Assembly (NCBI GenBank): GCA_951406725.2
Contig: OX597815.1
Location: 65,410,001-65,474,000 of the forward strand
Source of the DNA: Octopus vulgaris
Lineage: Eukaryota
Length of the DNA: 64,000 bases
Direction: 5' to 3'
Positions 12,721 to 26,344 of the stretch are shown here, piece by piece. The position numbers and the translations under genes are program-made. Within the stretch, counting starts at the first letter, position 1; every line of letters begins with the position of its first letter. The notes under the pieces are model-generated. The model ran no database searches. It had not been told where the DNA came from and was given only the letters and a program-made list of their open reading frames with translations.

Positions 12721-13299
12721 TGGTGTATAAACATAAATACCAAGAGTATTCTAAGCAAGGATATTGGCTCAATTCAAAAGTAATTGTACCAAGTCTACAC
12801 TAGACAACAGAACGGAGAGGCTATGGAAAAAGAAACAGCAGCAGCACTACTACCACCACCAACAACAACGACAGCAAAAACAGCAACAACAGCAGTAGCA
12901 GCAGCAGCAACAACAACAAAATGGTAAAATGTTTAGCTTAAGCGGTCGTCTGGATAAGTGCCCAGAATCTCTTGTAGACAATTTGACAAACTGTAAAGCA
13001 ACATTATTTATTCAAATAGTGGAGCAGGAATTGATATAATATTGATATAATATATACAAAGAGTTGATATAATATTGAATTTACTTGTTAGTTATTTCTT
13101 TTTATGATTAACTTAACACTAAAAGGGATTTGTGGTTAAGACAGAAAATATATATGTTAATGGTATATATTGATGAAATATGCAAATGGTATATGTTAAT
13201 GAGATATAAATGAGATATATTAATGAGGTATATGTTAATGAGTGATGTCAGTCCCTTACAATAGCATAGCTACAGTTGTCTTCAGAGAATCTGCAACAA

Positions 13300-13520
13300 T
13301 TATTGGTTTAAAATTTTGGCACAGGGCCAACAATTTCAGGGAAGGAGTAAGCCAATTACATCAACCCCAGTGCTCAAGTGATACTTATTTTCTCAACCCC
13401 AAAAGGATGAAAGGCAAAGTTGACCTCAGCAAAATTTAAACTCAGAACATAAAGATAGACAAAATGCCACTAAACATTTTACCCAACATGCTGACAATTC
13501 TGCTAGCTTGCCACCTTGGA
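13300..13520 (-). mobile_element. SINE with Meta/MESC-like central domain
   Basis: Minus strand gaggtcaactttgcctttcatccttttggggttgagaaaataagta; copies at about 8780-8980, 24260-24420 and 30150-30365. Confidence 0.7.
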
Positions 13521-13918
13521 ATTTGCAATTTGCCACCTTAAAATTAAATTGTCTTGTGTGAGTTCATGTATCTGTTTGTGTGCATTTAATTTTTCGAATT
13601 TAGTTTTTATCGATATTAGTACTTTTTGTTTCCTCCTTGTCCTCCACCTCCTCTTTTCCTTCTTCTTTCTTCTTCCCCACAATAATGTGCTGCTATCATT
13701 TTCTTTGCTTATTTATCAGTTAGAATAGCAGGAGCAATGCCTATGACATTATTTAGGTTCACCACCTCCACCACCAACACCCAACACTGCTACTACCACT
13801 CTCACCATCACCTGCCACCATGCAGGATCAATCAATGTTACAAATTTTCAAGATATGTAAGAAAGATGGAAACATCTATTTTATACAGTCAGATCATGGA
13901 TAATGAAAGAGAGAGATC

Positions 13919-13965
13919 AACCGGACAAAGCTGTTTCAACTATTATTACAGTTTCATCAGCAATC
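13919..13965 (-). ncRNA. Minimal type-I hammerhead ribozyme
   Basis: gattg-CTGATGA-aactgt aata atagtt-GAAA-ca gctt tg-TC^cggtt: intact core, 6-bp stem II, GUC cleavage triplet, 5-bp wobble-rich stem I. Confidence 0.7.
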
Positions 13966-14129
13966 ATTTACTTTACATGTTTTGTAACCATGAACCTGTG
14001 TTCATAACTATTGTTGATACACTTATAGATAAAATCAAGTAGACAAATATGTATATTTGACACAATTCAGCAGTTAGTATTGTTACATAAATTACTGATA
14101 TGCCAGAAGTGCTTATCTTTCATACTTTA

Positions 14130-15810
14130 CTATACGTCTGGAAGTGTATTCCACCAAAAGATGCTGTCAGAAGAATTTCCAATTATATGCAGACTAAAAC
14201 AAGAATATGTCTTTGGCACCTACACTATTCTCCTTGTATCTGGTTGCAGTGTTTCATGAAGTTCCTTTAGACAATCCAGGACTTGACATTAAATATAGAT
14301 ATAATGGAGGACTTTTCAATCTTAGTAGACTTTGATCAAAACTTCTAACACACATGCAACACATCTCAGAACTTTGATCTGCTAATAACGATGCTGTCCT
14401 CTGTCATTCAAAAGAAAATCTCCAACAGTCTATGAACAACTCTGCTATGGCCTACAATCGCTTTGGCTTTACAATAAACATCAAGAAAACCAAGGTCCTT
14501 GCACAACCGGCACTAAGTACCATCTTACTAGGTTTTGATGTTTCCATCTTAGATACACCTTTTACAAAAGTAGAGCATTTTTCATATCCAGGCAGCTTTT
14601 TATCAAACAAAGTGCACCTCAGGAAAGGATGTGGAACACAGAATTAGAGCTGCACACAGAACATTTGGAAAGCTAATCAAATGCATCTTCAACAACAAAG
14701 ATTTTAACTTAGCAATGAAAATTATGGTTCACTAGCAGGACCCCTGTATATTTCACAGAATTAATGGTAAACTCATTGGGCTATTTTTGAAAACTGTATC
14801 CCAAAACCCTGAAAGCGTAGCCTGTGTTGTGTATGTATCAAAAAACAGTCGCTCATCTGCTACTCATTGAAAAGTGAAAGAAACTGGAATATAGTGATTA
14901 CTTAATGCACATTATATATACACTTCATATACTTTATGCACAATTTTATAGACTTAATGCTCAACACTCTCCCTCTTTCTCTCTCACTCTTCACCTTTCT
15001 CTTTAGCTAATCACATGAAAATGTGACAGATGGGCTAAATAACGGAGGAAAAAAACTTATTCCAAAAACAAATTACACATTTCACTCACTACCACCTCTC
15101 CCCCATCCATTTCAACTAATCATGTGAAAGCATTATGGGCAGGCTATGTAACAAAGTGACAAGCAGAATTATTATAAGATAAGGGTTGTTGTCATTTCAA
15201 CCTGGCTACATTGCTGAGAAACCTGGACTTTATCTTGTCGTGACATCCAAAAATTAGAACGCTTTCACCAACAAAAGCTTTGTTCAATCTTGAAAGTCAA
15301 ATGAGGACATTATGTGACCAACAACAAAGTCCTGGAAAGAGCCAACAGTCAAAGTATCAAATCAATAATCACACTGTCTTTAGATGGTCAGGACATGTAA
15401 GAATGGAAGAGTCAAGGTATTCATGCTAAGTCTCATTCAGTGAGTTCACTTCAGGAAAAAGACCATGGGGTTGTCCTCTTTGAAGATACAAGGACCAACT
15501 CAAAGCAACACTGAAAACCACTGGAATTGAGCCTAAATTGTTTGAAACATAAGCCCGAGACTGTGCCAAGTGGCAGTGTTCCATCACCATCGGAACCAAA
15601 AACTTCAAAGAGAAAAAGAAGAAATCAAGCAACAGGAAAAATGTTCAACAAAATCAACCTCATCTTCCACTAACATTGCTATGCTGTCAATGCCATCAAC
15701 TCTTCTGTGCAAGAACTGGCCTACAGAGTCATCAATGGCATCACCATAAAGGAAATGTTCAGCAAAGAAGAAAATAAATTTTTGGATACGAGATAAAGCT
15801 ACTGTTGATG
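14130..15810 (+). mobile_element. Decayed RTE/BovB-like LINE split by a Helitron
   Basis: Fragments IKYRYNGGLFNLSRL and LQQSMNN..AYNRFGFTINIKKTKVLAQP; the reading resumes after 15180 (VVVISTWLHC*ETWTL...RWSGHVRM); many stops and frameshifts. Confidence 0.85.
14732..15179 (-). mobile_element. Non-autonomous Helitron
   Basis: Minus strand begins TC and ends CTAG, inserted between host A and T, with a subterminal hairpin ctgtg-aaata-tacag. Removing it rejoins the RTE sequence (atggttca/taagggttg). Confidence 0.8.
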
Positions 15811-17639
15811 GCAAGCTTTACTATGTGGTATACCCAAAGATTTTAGCTGTCATAATTGATTATATTTTAATGTCCATGGTAGGTTTTATAAACTTTGCAG
15901 ACATTTACATCTATCTTATATAAATTACAAGTAAATAATTTAATTTATAATATTAAATTAAGTTAATTAATAGTAAATTAATTTAATTCATGAATATAGT
16001 GAGAAGTAAAATTTTTGGATATACCCCATAGTGAAGTTTCATAACAAATTTCAAACTTTGGGAAAGATGGCCGGGTTAGTATTTAATGAGGCACTGATAT
16101 TGGACAATGCATATAGGGAAAAATAAAACAATTGAGTTAGGTGAGAAAGAGAGAGAGAGAGAGAGAGAGAGATAAGGCAGACAGAGTATGTACTCTAGAG
16201 ATAGCAGAGGATGTTGAAGTAGTGGTAAAAATAACGAGACAGGACACAGCACATCTGAGTTCATGTCACATCAGAAGAACTGAAGTAATAACAAATTATG
16301 CAAAAGAATTTTAAGATGATGATCTAGTATCTACATGTCCATTTTCCTTGTTGACATGGGTTGATGATTTAACAAGAGCTGGTTAGCCAGGGGACAGCAC
16401 CAAGCTCCAATGACTTCTTTGGCATAGTTTCTATGGCTGAATGCCCTCCCCAGCACCAACCTCCTAAATCAAGATAATATATTTACATATTATGTTTTCA
16501 CTTCAGTATTGTATTAAATAATATAAAAGAATAGGCGCAGGTGTGGCTGTGTGATAAGAAGCTTACTTCCCAACAACATGGTTTTGGATTCAATCCCATT
16601 CTGTGTCATCTTGAGCAAGTGTTTTTTACTACAGCCTTGGGCTGACCAAAGCCTTGTGAGTGGATATGATTGACTGAAGTTAAAAGAAGCCCATCTTGCA
16701 CATGTGTGTGTGTATATCTATATATGCACATTAAAAACGTATAGTAAATGTACAAACAAATGGAAAACAGACACAGAATGGCAAGTTGAAAAACATATAG
16801 CAAATGCACAGACGAATGGAAAACAAACACAGAAGGTCCCCAACTTCTCATCAGTTATCATCCAAAGGGTCAAGCAAAATTTCATGCCTTTAATGATAAT
16901 ATATCATCATCATCATCATCATCGTTTAACGTCCGTTCTCCATGCTAGCATGGGTTGGACGGTTCGACCGGGGATCTGGGAAGCCAGGAGGCTGCACCAG
17001 GCTCCGGTCTTATCTGGCAATGTTTCTACAGCTGGATGCCCTTCCTAACGCCAACCACTCCGTGTAGTATATATATATATATACATATACAGAGAGAATG
17101 ATAACAACTGTCCAACAAACTGTCACGTGAAACTGTCAATAACAATTTATGTAGATTTTTACGGATTTAATAAAAGCATATTACTCTACCTTCGATATTC
17201 ATGTACTATTTTTTCCACCTTGTTTTGCATTAGTGTGCTTACCCTTGTATGTATGTGTGTGTTTGTGTCAGTGTTTGTCCCTCACCACTGCTTGACAACT
17301 GTTGTTGGTGTGTTTATGTACCCATAACTTTGTGGTTCAGCAAAGTGACCTATACAATAAATACCAGGCTTAAAGAAAAAAAGTATAAAGTCCTGGGGTC
17401 AGTTCATTTGACTAAAGATTCTTCAAGGTGGTGCCCCAGTATAGCCACAGTCTAATGGCTGAAATAATAAAAGATGAAAGATAAAATGTGATCAGAGATA
17501 CGATGAACTGTAGATGTTAAGGTGCTACTCTAGTGATGATATGGATTTAAGTTCAAATCTTATTGCAGCTATTGGTATTGTATTCCTAGAAAGGCACAAA
17601 ACCCACCTTACTTCAGTCTACCTGGTTGTACACCCATGG

Positions 17640-17885
17640 TTATTATTGCTAGTGGTGGTGATGGTGTTTGTTGTTGTTGGTATTAGTGTGTCAGTGGTAG
17701 TAGTGGCAGGGATGGTTATGGTGATGTTGGTGATAGAACTGGTTATAGTGGTATTGGCAGTGGTGATGGTGGGATTTGTGGTAGTGGAAGTGGTATTGGA
17801 GTTAATGGTAGTGGTGGTAATGATGATGACGATGACAATGTCGATGAAGATGATGTTAATGACGACAATGATGTTGATAAAGAGT
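17640..17885. repeat. Degenerate (GGT)n/(GAT)n trinucleotide tract
   Basis: Direct inspection; explains the V/M-rich ORF 17514-17936. Confidence 0.85.
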
Positions 17886-18619
17886 AGTATTGTTTCCTGT
17901 GTAAAGTCATTATTGCTATTCTCTATTCTTTATTAGTCAACAAGAGAATGAGTGATGAGAAGGAGAGGGGGAGGGAGAAGGGCAGAGAGAGTGGGGACAG
18001 TGGTGATGGAGCCAGAGAATAATAGAGAGAGAGAGAGAGAGAAAAGGAGGACAGCAAGTTTGAAAGAGAAGGAAAGAGGTGGAAAAAAACAGAGAGATAA
18101 AGAGAAGGAAAGAGATAACGAGAGGGAGGGAGGGAGGGAGAGAGAGAGAATCATCAATCAGTAGCCAGACAATGACCTCAGTGGAAACCACTAGTAAAAG
18201 TTTTGATCATTTCCAGTGATCAGGTTTATATTCCTCCTCCTCCTTCTTCTTCTACGAGATTAAATGAAGAGATGAATGAATATGAATTCATGAATAAAGG
18301 AATAAGTGTATGTATGATGGAATAAAGGAATAATTGAATACACCATCAAAAGATGCTAATATACAAACAATCACTAATTAATTTATATTAATTTTGACTT
18401 ATTATCTACATTATTATTGTTGTTGTTGTTCAAAGGAATTCATTGTTTCTAATTGCATGCTAGTCTTTCAATAAACACAACAGCTTGTTCTAAATAAATG
18501 TAATTTTTAGACAAGTTATTAATAACTACCACGGTTACCTTTATTGTCTGTTCTTTTAGTTTTGTTCATTTAGGTAGTTAGTTTATTTTATTTCATTTTA
18601 TTCTTCTTTTGATTCTTTG

Positions 18620-19350
18620 AAGCGAAGTGGTTATATGACAGTTTCCTATTTCTTTATACATTTCTTTGCATTTTTATTGAACTCTGCAAAATCTTTAGAG
18701 CTGCAGGAATTAGGTAGTGTGGGCAGACAAGGCAGTGCTCCATAATATGGTCTGCTTCTTCATATTCAGAGTTGATTGGGCTGGTCTTGTAGCCACATCT
18801 GACCAAAGCAACTTTTGATTGTCCTGTTCTTTTCATGTGGTTGAGTGTTTTCCACTGAATCTATGATGCTTCTGGGCCAGGAGAGAGGTCTTCAGCAGAG
18901 GGTGGGGATTTCCATGTCAGTCAGAGTGCAGTTTGCTCCCAAGTTTTTCCATTCAGAGCTGAGGAAGTTTCTTCTTGGCCCCAGTTGTTGGGCCAGAGTT
19001 TGACCACCATCACTAGTAGCTTTTGTCATCTTGCCTCAACTGGCCATTTTCTGTCGGATATCTTAATATGTGTGTTATGGATCTCCATTTGGGGCAATGC
19101 CAGCAAGGACGTGCAGGTTGTTTGAGTTAGTGGGTTTCATGTCACCAGAGGTCAGGCAGGAGGCATTGTTCAATTCTGGGTCAAGTTTCTTGACATAGGT
19201 TGATCTCTCCCTGATACTCTGTAGAGAAATGGCACAAGGCCAGTGTAGTAGATATTAATAATTATGCTGTGGCTCCCCACTTGGTTTTGACTGAGAGATC
19301 AAAGTAGATGCATTAATGTTCTAATCCTTCCAAGTAACACTTGGATTTTT
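18620..19350 (-). mobile_element. Vingi/Ingi-like LINE 3' fragment
   Basis: Minus-strand LALCHFSTE...VKKLDPELNNA...KPTNSNNLHVLAGIAP and QWKTLNH...HIMEHCLVCP resemble the Vingi ORF C-terminus. Confidence 0.65.
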
Positions 19351-20215
19351 AACTGCAAATTCTGCTAAACATTTAGAAGCCAAGTTAAAAAGATTTTATT
19401 TTATTTTGACATCATTTTGGATGTTTTAATGACAGATACAAGTCAATATAAAATTAATTTTGGACATATAAATAGATGTCTGACAAAAATGTAACTAAAC
19501 CAAGGTAATCAAATCTGTAAATATTCTTGACATGTACACACATTTGTATTCATTAATTCATTACTGCTAATTACGTTTGTGGTGAGGGTTGCTATGACTA
19601 AATGAATAAAGTATCTTCACCATCACCACCACTTCTAAACTCAGCCAAATGGTTTTGAGTTTGTAGTCTTATCAAGATTTTTTTCCATTTCATTAGTTTG
19701 CTTTAGGGGAAGGGGTTGTGTCCATAGCTTCTGTGATACTAGTGAAATGGTTCTGGCTGGAATATTGTAAGTTAATGGTTGCAGGGAAAATTTATGCAGG
19801 GAGGGAATTCTAAAGGGTCAATATAAGGGTAAGTGCAGGACCTTATGTGGGGGCAGGAGGAGCAAGTACAATGTTAACTCTAGTATATTGTATTCCTATG
19901 CAGTCACTAGATTTATTATCCACACAGGTGAGAAAAAATAGGAGATTGAATGTTGTTCATGTCTTGACATTAATTTGGTCTGTAATCAACAAACAAAAGT
20001 GGAAATATCAACAGTATTTACCCAACAGATGTTGAAATAAGCACCCCAACTTATTTGTTCTTTCAACAATGAGAATTATAATTTTTGTGGAGAGAAGGAA
20101 TTGCTTTTCAAATTTTTCATACTTACCCATTCTCAGTTTTTTTTTATACCTTTTGGATTCCACTTTGAAAACTAACACAGAAATTACAATATTAAAAAAA
20201 AATGGTATTTATATA

Positions 20216-21040
20216 TTATATCATCCAACTTGTTAGACCTCTACAACCAAGTTCCTTGATTGTCGTCCTCACAGTTACAAGCACCTTGTCAGGAAAACCT
20301 CTTAAACAAACATCATCAAGGTACCAGACATTTAGGTCTAGGTCAGCTCCTATCTTGGTAACATCATCAATACCCAATGCAAATAGGGCAGGACCAAGTG
20401 GATCACACTGTTGGACTCCAGAGGTAGATGGGATGAGGTGGTCACCAAACAAGAGGTGAGAGGGCTCCCGATAGGCTTGCCAAGCTAAGTGATAAAGTGG
20501 TGGGGGGAATTCTCCCTTACTGCATGGAAGATTATGTCTCAAGTGATGGAGTTAAAACCATTCTTAAGGTCTAGTTTGAGGACGGCCTTTAGGGACTCAA
20601 AAGGCAAGTTGGTGGTATGAGCAGCAGCCTCACAACCTAGCTTAGTACCTATTCTAGCTGCATAGGGGAAAATTCCTCAGACAGGCAGTTAGAAACTGAG
20701 GACAGGCACACTTTTGCTGTGAGCCATTGCAGAGTACAACCAATTGTTATGGGGTGGAGGTCACCGTTGGGCTTGGTGAGATCAAATAGTTTGGCCCCAA
20801 GAACAGAGGACGAATGTAGGCAAGGACACTCTCAGATGCAAACAAGTTTATGAACTGTGTTAGGTTCTCCAAGAGCAGGGAGATACCATCCTTGAGATGC
20901 TGAGGTTGTAAGTCATCGATCCTAGTGCCAGAATCTGCTGGAAAAGAAGCAGTTACCCTGCTTACATTGTCAGGGGTGAAGATGGGTTGTAGAAAACTTG
21001 GTGGGTCGGGCCAGTATAGGCGATCATCTGGAGGGGTCGG
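20216..21040 (-). mobile_element. CRE-clade non-LTR retrotransposon RT fragment (inverted part)
   Basis: GCEAAAH, VLKLDLKNGFNSI, SGVQQCDPLGPALFALGI and LNVWYLDD: RT motifs typical of CRE-like elements. Confidence 0.8.
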
Positions 21041-21049
21041 GAGCTAAAC

Positions 21050-21510
21050 CTAATCATTAAGTGGGCCCTGGATCAGATTAATATTCCCTCAGTTCTGGAG
21101 CTGTTGGGGTTATCCAGAAGTGATGGAAAGAGATTAGATGGTCTTACCCTCTGTCTCTGGGTTAGAGGTAGTTGCCTCATTTGGGATGCCACAGTCTGCG
21201 ATTCCTTTACTCCCTTCCACATCCTAGATGCTACAGTTAATAGGAGGATCACTGCTTCTGTAACACAAAAGAAGAAAACTCTGAAGTATTGGGACCTGAC
21301 AGTGAACTATCACTTCCAACCTGTGGCATTTGAGATATTTGGAGAGACTGGGTCACTAACCATGAAGTTCTTGTCAATGTTGGCAGCATGCCCCACTGAG
21401 GTGTCAGGTGATGCCCATGAGGGCACTTGGCTTTCACAATGCCCTAGCTTTACCACTTGCCAGTGGTAATGCTGTGAATGTGTTGGCTTGCTTCAGTAGG
21501 TTCTGTTAAA
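21050..21510 (+). mobile_element. CRE-clade restriction-like endonuclease fragment
   Basis: GLSRSDGKRLDGLTLCLWVRGSCLIWDATVCDS...KKKTLKY..L..NYHFQPVAFEIFG matches the CRE RLE pattern (DGKRPDG.T..PW..G..L.WD.T..D). Confidence 0.8.
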
Positions 21511-21849
21511 CCTTGTGGTGTGCAACTAGTTGTTGTGATAAAAGAAATTCCACACAAATGGTTTCAATACAGTTTTAACAGAGATTTGGAAGAATTAGAT
21601 GAAAGTTCTCCAGTAATTTTTTCATGTAAATAAATGTTAATTTTTTTCCTAAAAAAAGTTATAACTTCATATAAAGAGATAAATTATTAAGCCAGTTCTT
21701 CTCAAAAAAAAAAAAAAAAAAAATTAGACGGGTGTAATAGTAAAAGGTAACTGAAAAAGACCATGGAATTGGAGGTGAAAGATTATAAAAACATTCTATT
21801 CTATGAACAATAACAATTTTTGGCAGAAGAAAATAACCACCCAATTCCT

Positions 21850-22900
21850 TGTCCGTTTTCTCTATGAGGGACAGATAGCTATTCCGAAAGTCTGCCAATC
21901 AATGATCACACAAGACTCACGAAATATGTGTAATAGTATACATTAACTAAAAAATATTCTTTTCAAATTTCAATCTTTTAATGCTCATTGCATACAATAA
22001 ATCTTTACTTTCATTTTGGGATGCTAAACCGAAAAATTGCCCAGACATTTCTCAAGGTTATTCATGATATAATCAAAGTAACCAAAATCAAGAATCAATA
22101 TCGAGTCGAAAACTTGGTTCGCAGGAAGCTTAACACTATTCGGCAGCCTTTATTGCTACAGTCATATTATTCTATATAAGCCTGAGACTTTTGTTTTTGT
22201 AAGTAATAGAGAATATAATCGATAAATTCGATCAGTGTATATTTACTGTTGGGATAGAAATCCCAGAGGTAAAGACAGAAACGGAATTGATTATCTTTCC
22301 TTTACGTAAGCGATATCTGAAGGAATGAGGGAAGACGATAAAAACTTTAATTTCTTTGAATAATCCTTACTTTCTCCTTTTAACTTAAACTATAAATTAG
22401 AAATACGATAAAAAGTTTAAAATACATACATCAAAAATGAAATGAAGCTTAAAAATAATTTTGCTCGCTTTGACCAGCGAAGAAGTCAGGGTTTTTGTTT
22501 AGAAAGTATGTAAGCGGCCTTGGTATTGTTGCTGGCGCCAGGTTTAAATTATTGACGATGGAGACTAAAGAAATAGCAGAAGTCTACAGGTAATATAAAT
22601 GTTATAGCTAGTAATTAGTTGTATTTCATTATTTATAAATATTATATGTGCCATGAACTTTATCTCACCATAGATCGAAGTAACACGTAGATTGTCCATT
22701 GTTTATAAAGTAATTTTTATAATGTGTCATCCGATTTAAATGAAAGATAACGGTTCGAATCGGGCATTTGTTTCCCTAAAAGTTATTTACATAGGATATT
22801 TTACAATCTACTATTCTAACTGATAAATGTTTACTGTTACACCCGGGTGTAAAGTGTTATGGACGGACTTTATAAAAGTCTATAATACAGTAAAATCTTA
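21850..22900. promoter_or_regulatory. CpG-retaining, repeat-free island; candidate bidirectional promoter
   Basis: Visibly more CG dinucleotides than the flanks; donor-like sites on both strands (plus CAG/GTAATA at 22590; minus GTAAGG near 22370 and GTGAGT near 21920). Confidence 0.5.
22558..22589 (+). CDS. Candidate first coding exon METKEIAEVY(R/S), gene unknown
   Basis: ATG in acgATGg context followed by CAG/GTAATA inside the CpG island; no downstream exon convincingly identified. Confidence 0.3.
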
Positions 22901-25900
22901 TTCGTTGTGCCTCAATATCATATTTATATCTGTGGGATGGATTCTGGTTTCTTTTGATGATGTGTAAAGGGTTTGTAGAGGCTTATTGTTGATTAATTCA
23001 AACCTGTACATTATAGGTACTTATTGTTTCTGGCAACCCAGTGTCCCCAAATGAGGTGGCAGATTAAGCAACCACTGAATTTATTTATTTTTTACAGTTG
23101 CACTTTTTGGTACTTTTGTAGTTAAATGTTATCATTTTGTCTTCAGAAGAAATGAGGGACTTGTTTTGTATGGTTCTTGAAAATCTAGTGCTTCTAGTGG
23201 GTTTCAAGTTAGATTCGAACTTGCATTAGTGTTTGTTATTTTTATTTCTGGCAGTGCATATGCCTTGCCTTGGCTCAGATCCATAAATGAGAACCAAAAT
23301 GCATTCTTCACTGTTTATTCTGACCAAAAGCATTCCAGAAAGGTCCCATTTACACTTTATTATCTTTCAAATTATTTATAATTAATATTTTGAGAAGACT
23401 CGTCGAGCCAAGTGAAATCATAGTCATGGCCAATGTCAGTGGCATGTAAAAAGCATCCATTACACTCTTGGAGTTGTTGGTGTTTGGAAGGGCATCCAGC
23501 TGTAGAAACCATGCCTAATCAGATTGGAACCCTGTGTAGCCCTACAGCTCACTAGTTTTAGTCAAATCGTCTAACCCATGTCAGCATGGAAAGCAGACAC
23601 TAAATGATGATGATTATATTGGTTGTAATTGGAGACTGGTTATAGAATGAGGAGAACTGTATCTTTCAGAAACTCATGGAGTTTGGTGCCTGCTTTATCT
23701 TTCAGTCTCTATTTAGGTTTTCAATGGAATCAACTTTCTGATCTTTGCAAACATCTGACAGTTTTCTTTTTAATAAAGTACATTTAGCTTGTCCAGTTAC
23801 CTCATCAGTTCCAGCAATCAGCTTTTTGATGAGGTGTAACAAATATAGGGACTGGCAGGGCTGTGTGATTAAAAAAGTTTGCTTCTCACCCATATGGTCT
23901 TGCATTCAGTTACACTGCATGACACCTTGGGCCTCTTCTACCATAGCTTTGAACCAACCAAAGCCTTATGGGTGAATTTGGGAGATAGAAACTGAATGAT
24001 TTTATGTGTGTGTGTGTTCATTTACTTGTTTCAGTCATTTTGACTGCGGCCATGCTGGAGCACCACATTTAGTTGAACAAATCTGCCTCAACAAATTCCA
24101 TCTGACCCATGCAAGCATGGAAAGTGGTCATTAAATGATGGTGGTGGCAATGGCAGTGGAGGTGGTTATGAGACTCTGGTAGGCTTCACTGTCATAATTT
24201 GTATATCTCTTGTTACTCTTTATCAATAACAAGTAAAGAATATCCAGAGATGCTCTTTAGCAATAATTGTTCTCAAATTTTGGCACAAGACCAGTGATTT
24301 TAATGGGATAAGTCAATTACGTCAACCCCAGTGCTCAACTGGTATTTAATTTATTGATAAGTGTCAGAAGAAATGCCTCTAAATATTTTCTCTGATGTGC
24401 TAACAATTCTGCAAGTTTAGTTTTAACTCTTTATCAATAATAAATACTAAAAGAAAAAATGACCGAGGACCATTAAAGAATCTTAAAGGCCCAGTTTCCT
24501 TCAAGATGGAGATTATACCCCTTTCAAAAAATGTTTGACACAAACTTGGCACCTGTTCTTTGAGTGGTTCATCAGGTAACCAATTTATCAACTAAACTAG
24601 CAGAATGGTTAGCATCAAAGAGTTCATAAACTCAATTATTTGTTTTGGTCCACTTTTCAATTAAAGTTTTTCATAGAATAACAGGTCAATTTTACTATTG
24701 CAAAACCTTGCATAAGATCCAGTTCTGATATTGTTGAAAAGTTGCATCTTGGTACTTGATTCTCCCAGAGTTGATTTACTCCAAGACTAATCAAATCAAA
24801 GTTTGTCAGCTGAGGGAGTTTTATGAAAATTTTAGAAACATGTAGAGCTGTATTATCTACAGTATTGTTATTACTGATAATGATAGGATATGCTCAAGGG
24901 AGATTTGGCTGTTATTTCTAGCAGGTCGATTGACCACATAGTCTCTTTTGTTGGTTCATAATTTGCATTGCTATACTGTTTACTGCAGTTGTTTTAAACT
25001 AAGCATGGGCATCCTTTTATGAGAAGTGAGCTGCATGAGATACAGCTCATCATCAGGTGAGCCACGCTTCTAAAAGAAGAATTCAAGGTAATTTTTCATT
25101 TAGGGTGCCATTCACTAAGTCCCACTAGCTGCAGTTTGCCCATGACTGATTTAAACATTATTTTTTCCTTATGTTTATGTCCAGTTGTTATACCACCATG
25201 ATGACGTTTAACTAAATACACCTTACTGGTTTCCCATCAGTTGCTAGCAAGAAAAAACAAAATCACACACACACAGAGGCTGATTTTTTGTTTATTATTT
25301 CTTTATGTCTGGGAAGGTTTGTGAACACTTGATATTTAGTTGAGTATACTTCCGTAATCATAACTTCTGATCACAGAGTTGGCTTTTCATATCCTGTTTC
25401 AGTGCTTCACTCTGTCCTTGACAAAAAATACTTAACTCTCAAAGACTTACTTAGCTTTGAACAGAGATCCTATGTTTGTACACTTCACTCTCAAACAGCT
25501 GAATGCTGTGAATAATTAATGACTGCTTCATTTGTTCACAGCTCTGAAACAAATCTACTCTTGGAGAGAAGGACAATGTAAAACTACTTCTGTGTATTGT
25601 CCTTTGAATCTCTGTGTGTAACGAGTCCTCATTGGTATCTAAACCACCCAAATAGGTAAAATGGATGTTAGTTTATGCGACTATCCAACTAAGACATGCC
25701 TTGTCTTCTATAACAATTTTACATAAATCCATTTGGAAATTTAATAGGTACCACTGGACGAAAAGAAAAAGAGTTACTAAATTTTAAGACTGATCATCTC
25801 AAGTTTGTAATTTTGGGCCCAAAACTCTGTGTGTGTGTGTGCGTAATTTTAGGCACAAAATTAATTATATATATATATAATGGGCACTGATGTAGCTGTA

Positions 25901-26344
25901 TGGTTTAAAATCAGCTTCCTAACCATAAGGTCCATATGTATGTATGTTTGTGTCTCCTTGTGATATCATGCGATTGTTGTAAATGCATGTCATTCATTTC
26001 CAATATTCTGTGAAGACATGTCTGGCTATAGGAAAATATTACCTTGCTTCGAAACAGATAAGGGTTGGCATTGGCAAGAGGAAGGCTGTAGAAAAATCAG
26101 CCCCAATAAATTTTGTCTGACCCATGTATGGTTATGTGTTGTGTATGGATGAGGAAAGCTGTATGAAGTGTCACACTCTAACAGTGGAGGGAACCTGTGG
26201 AAGAGGTAGACCCAGGAAGACATGGGATAAGGTGGTGGACATTAAAATGATGATGATATATACTCACATATATACACAACAATTTCTTTCAGTTTCCATC
26301 TACTGAATCTGCTGGGCTTTTTGTCAACTCAGTCATTGGTCACA

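Noticed and set aside
17514-17936. 140-aa hydrophobic membrane-like ORF
   Set aside because: Derived from a degenerate GGT/GAT trinucleotide tract.
25198-25283. ATGATGA...CTGA as a box C/D snoRNA
   Set aside because: No terminal stem or recognisable antisense element, and the interior includes a CA microsatellite.
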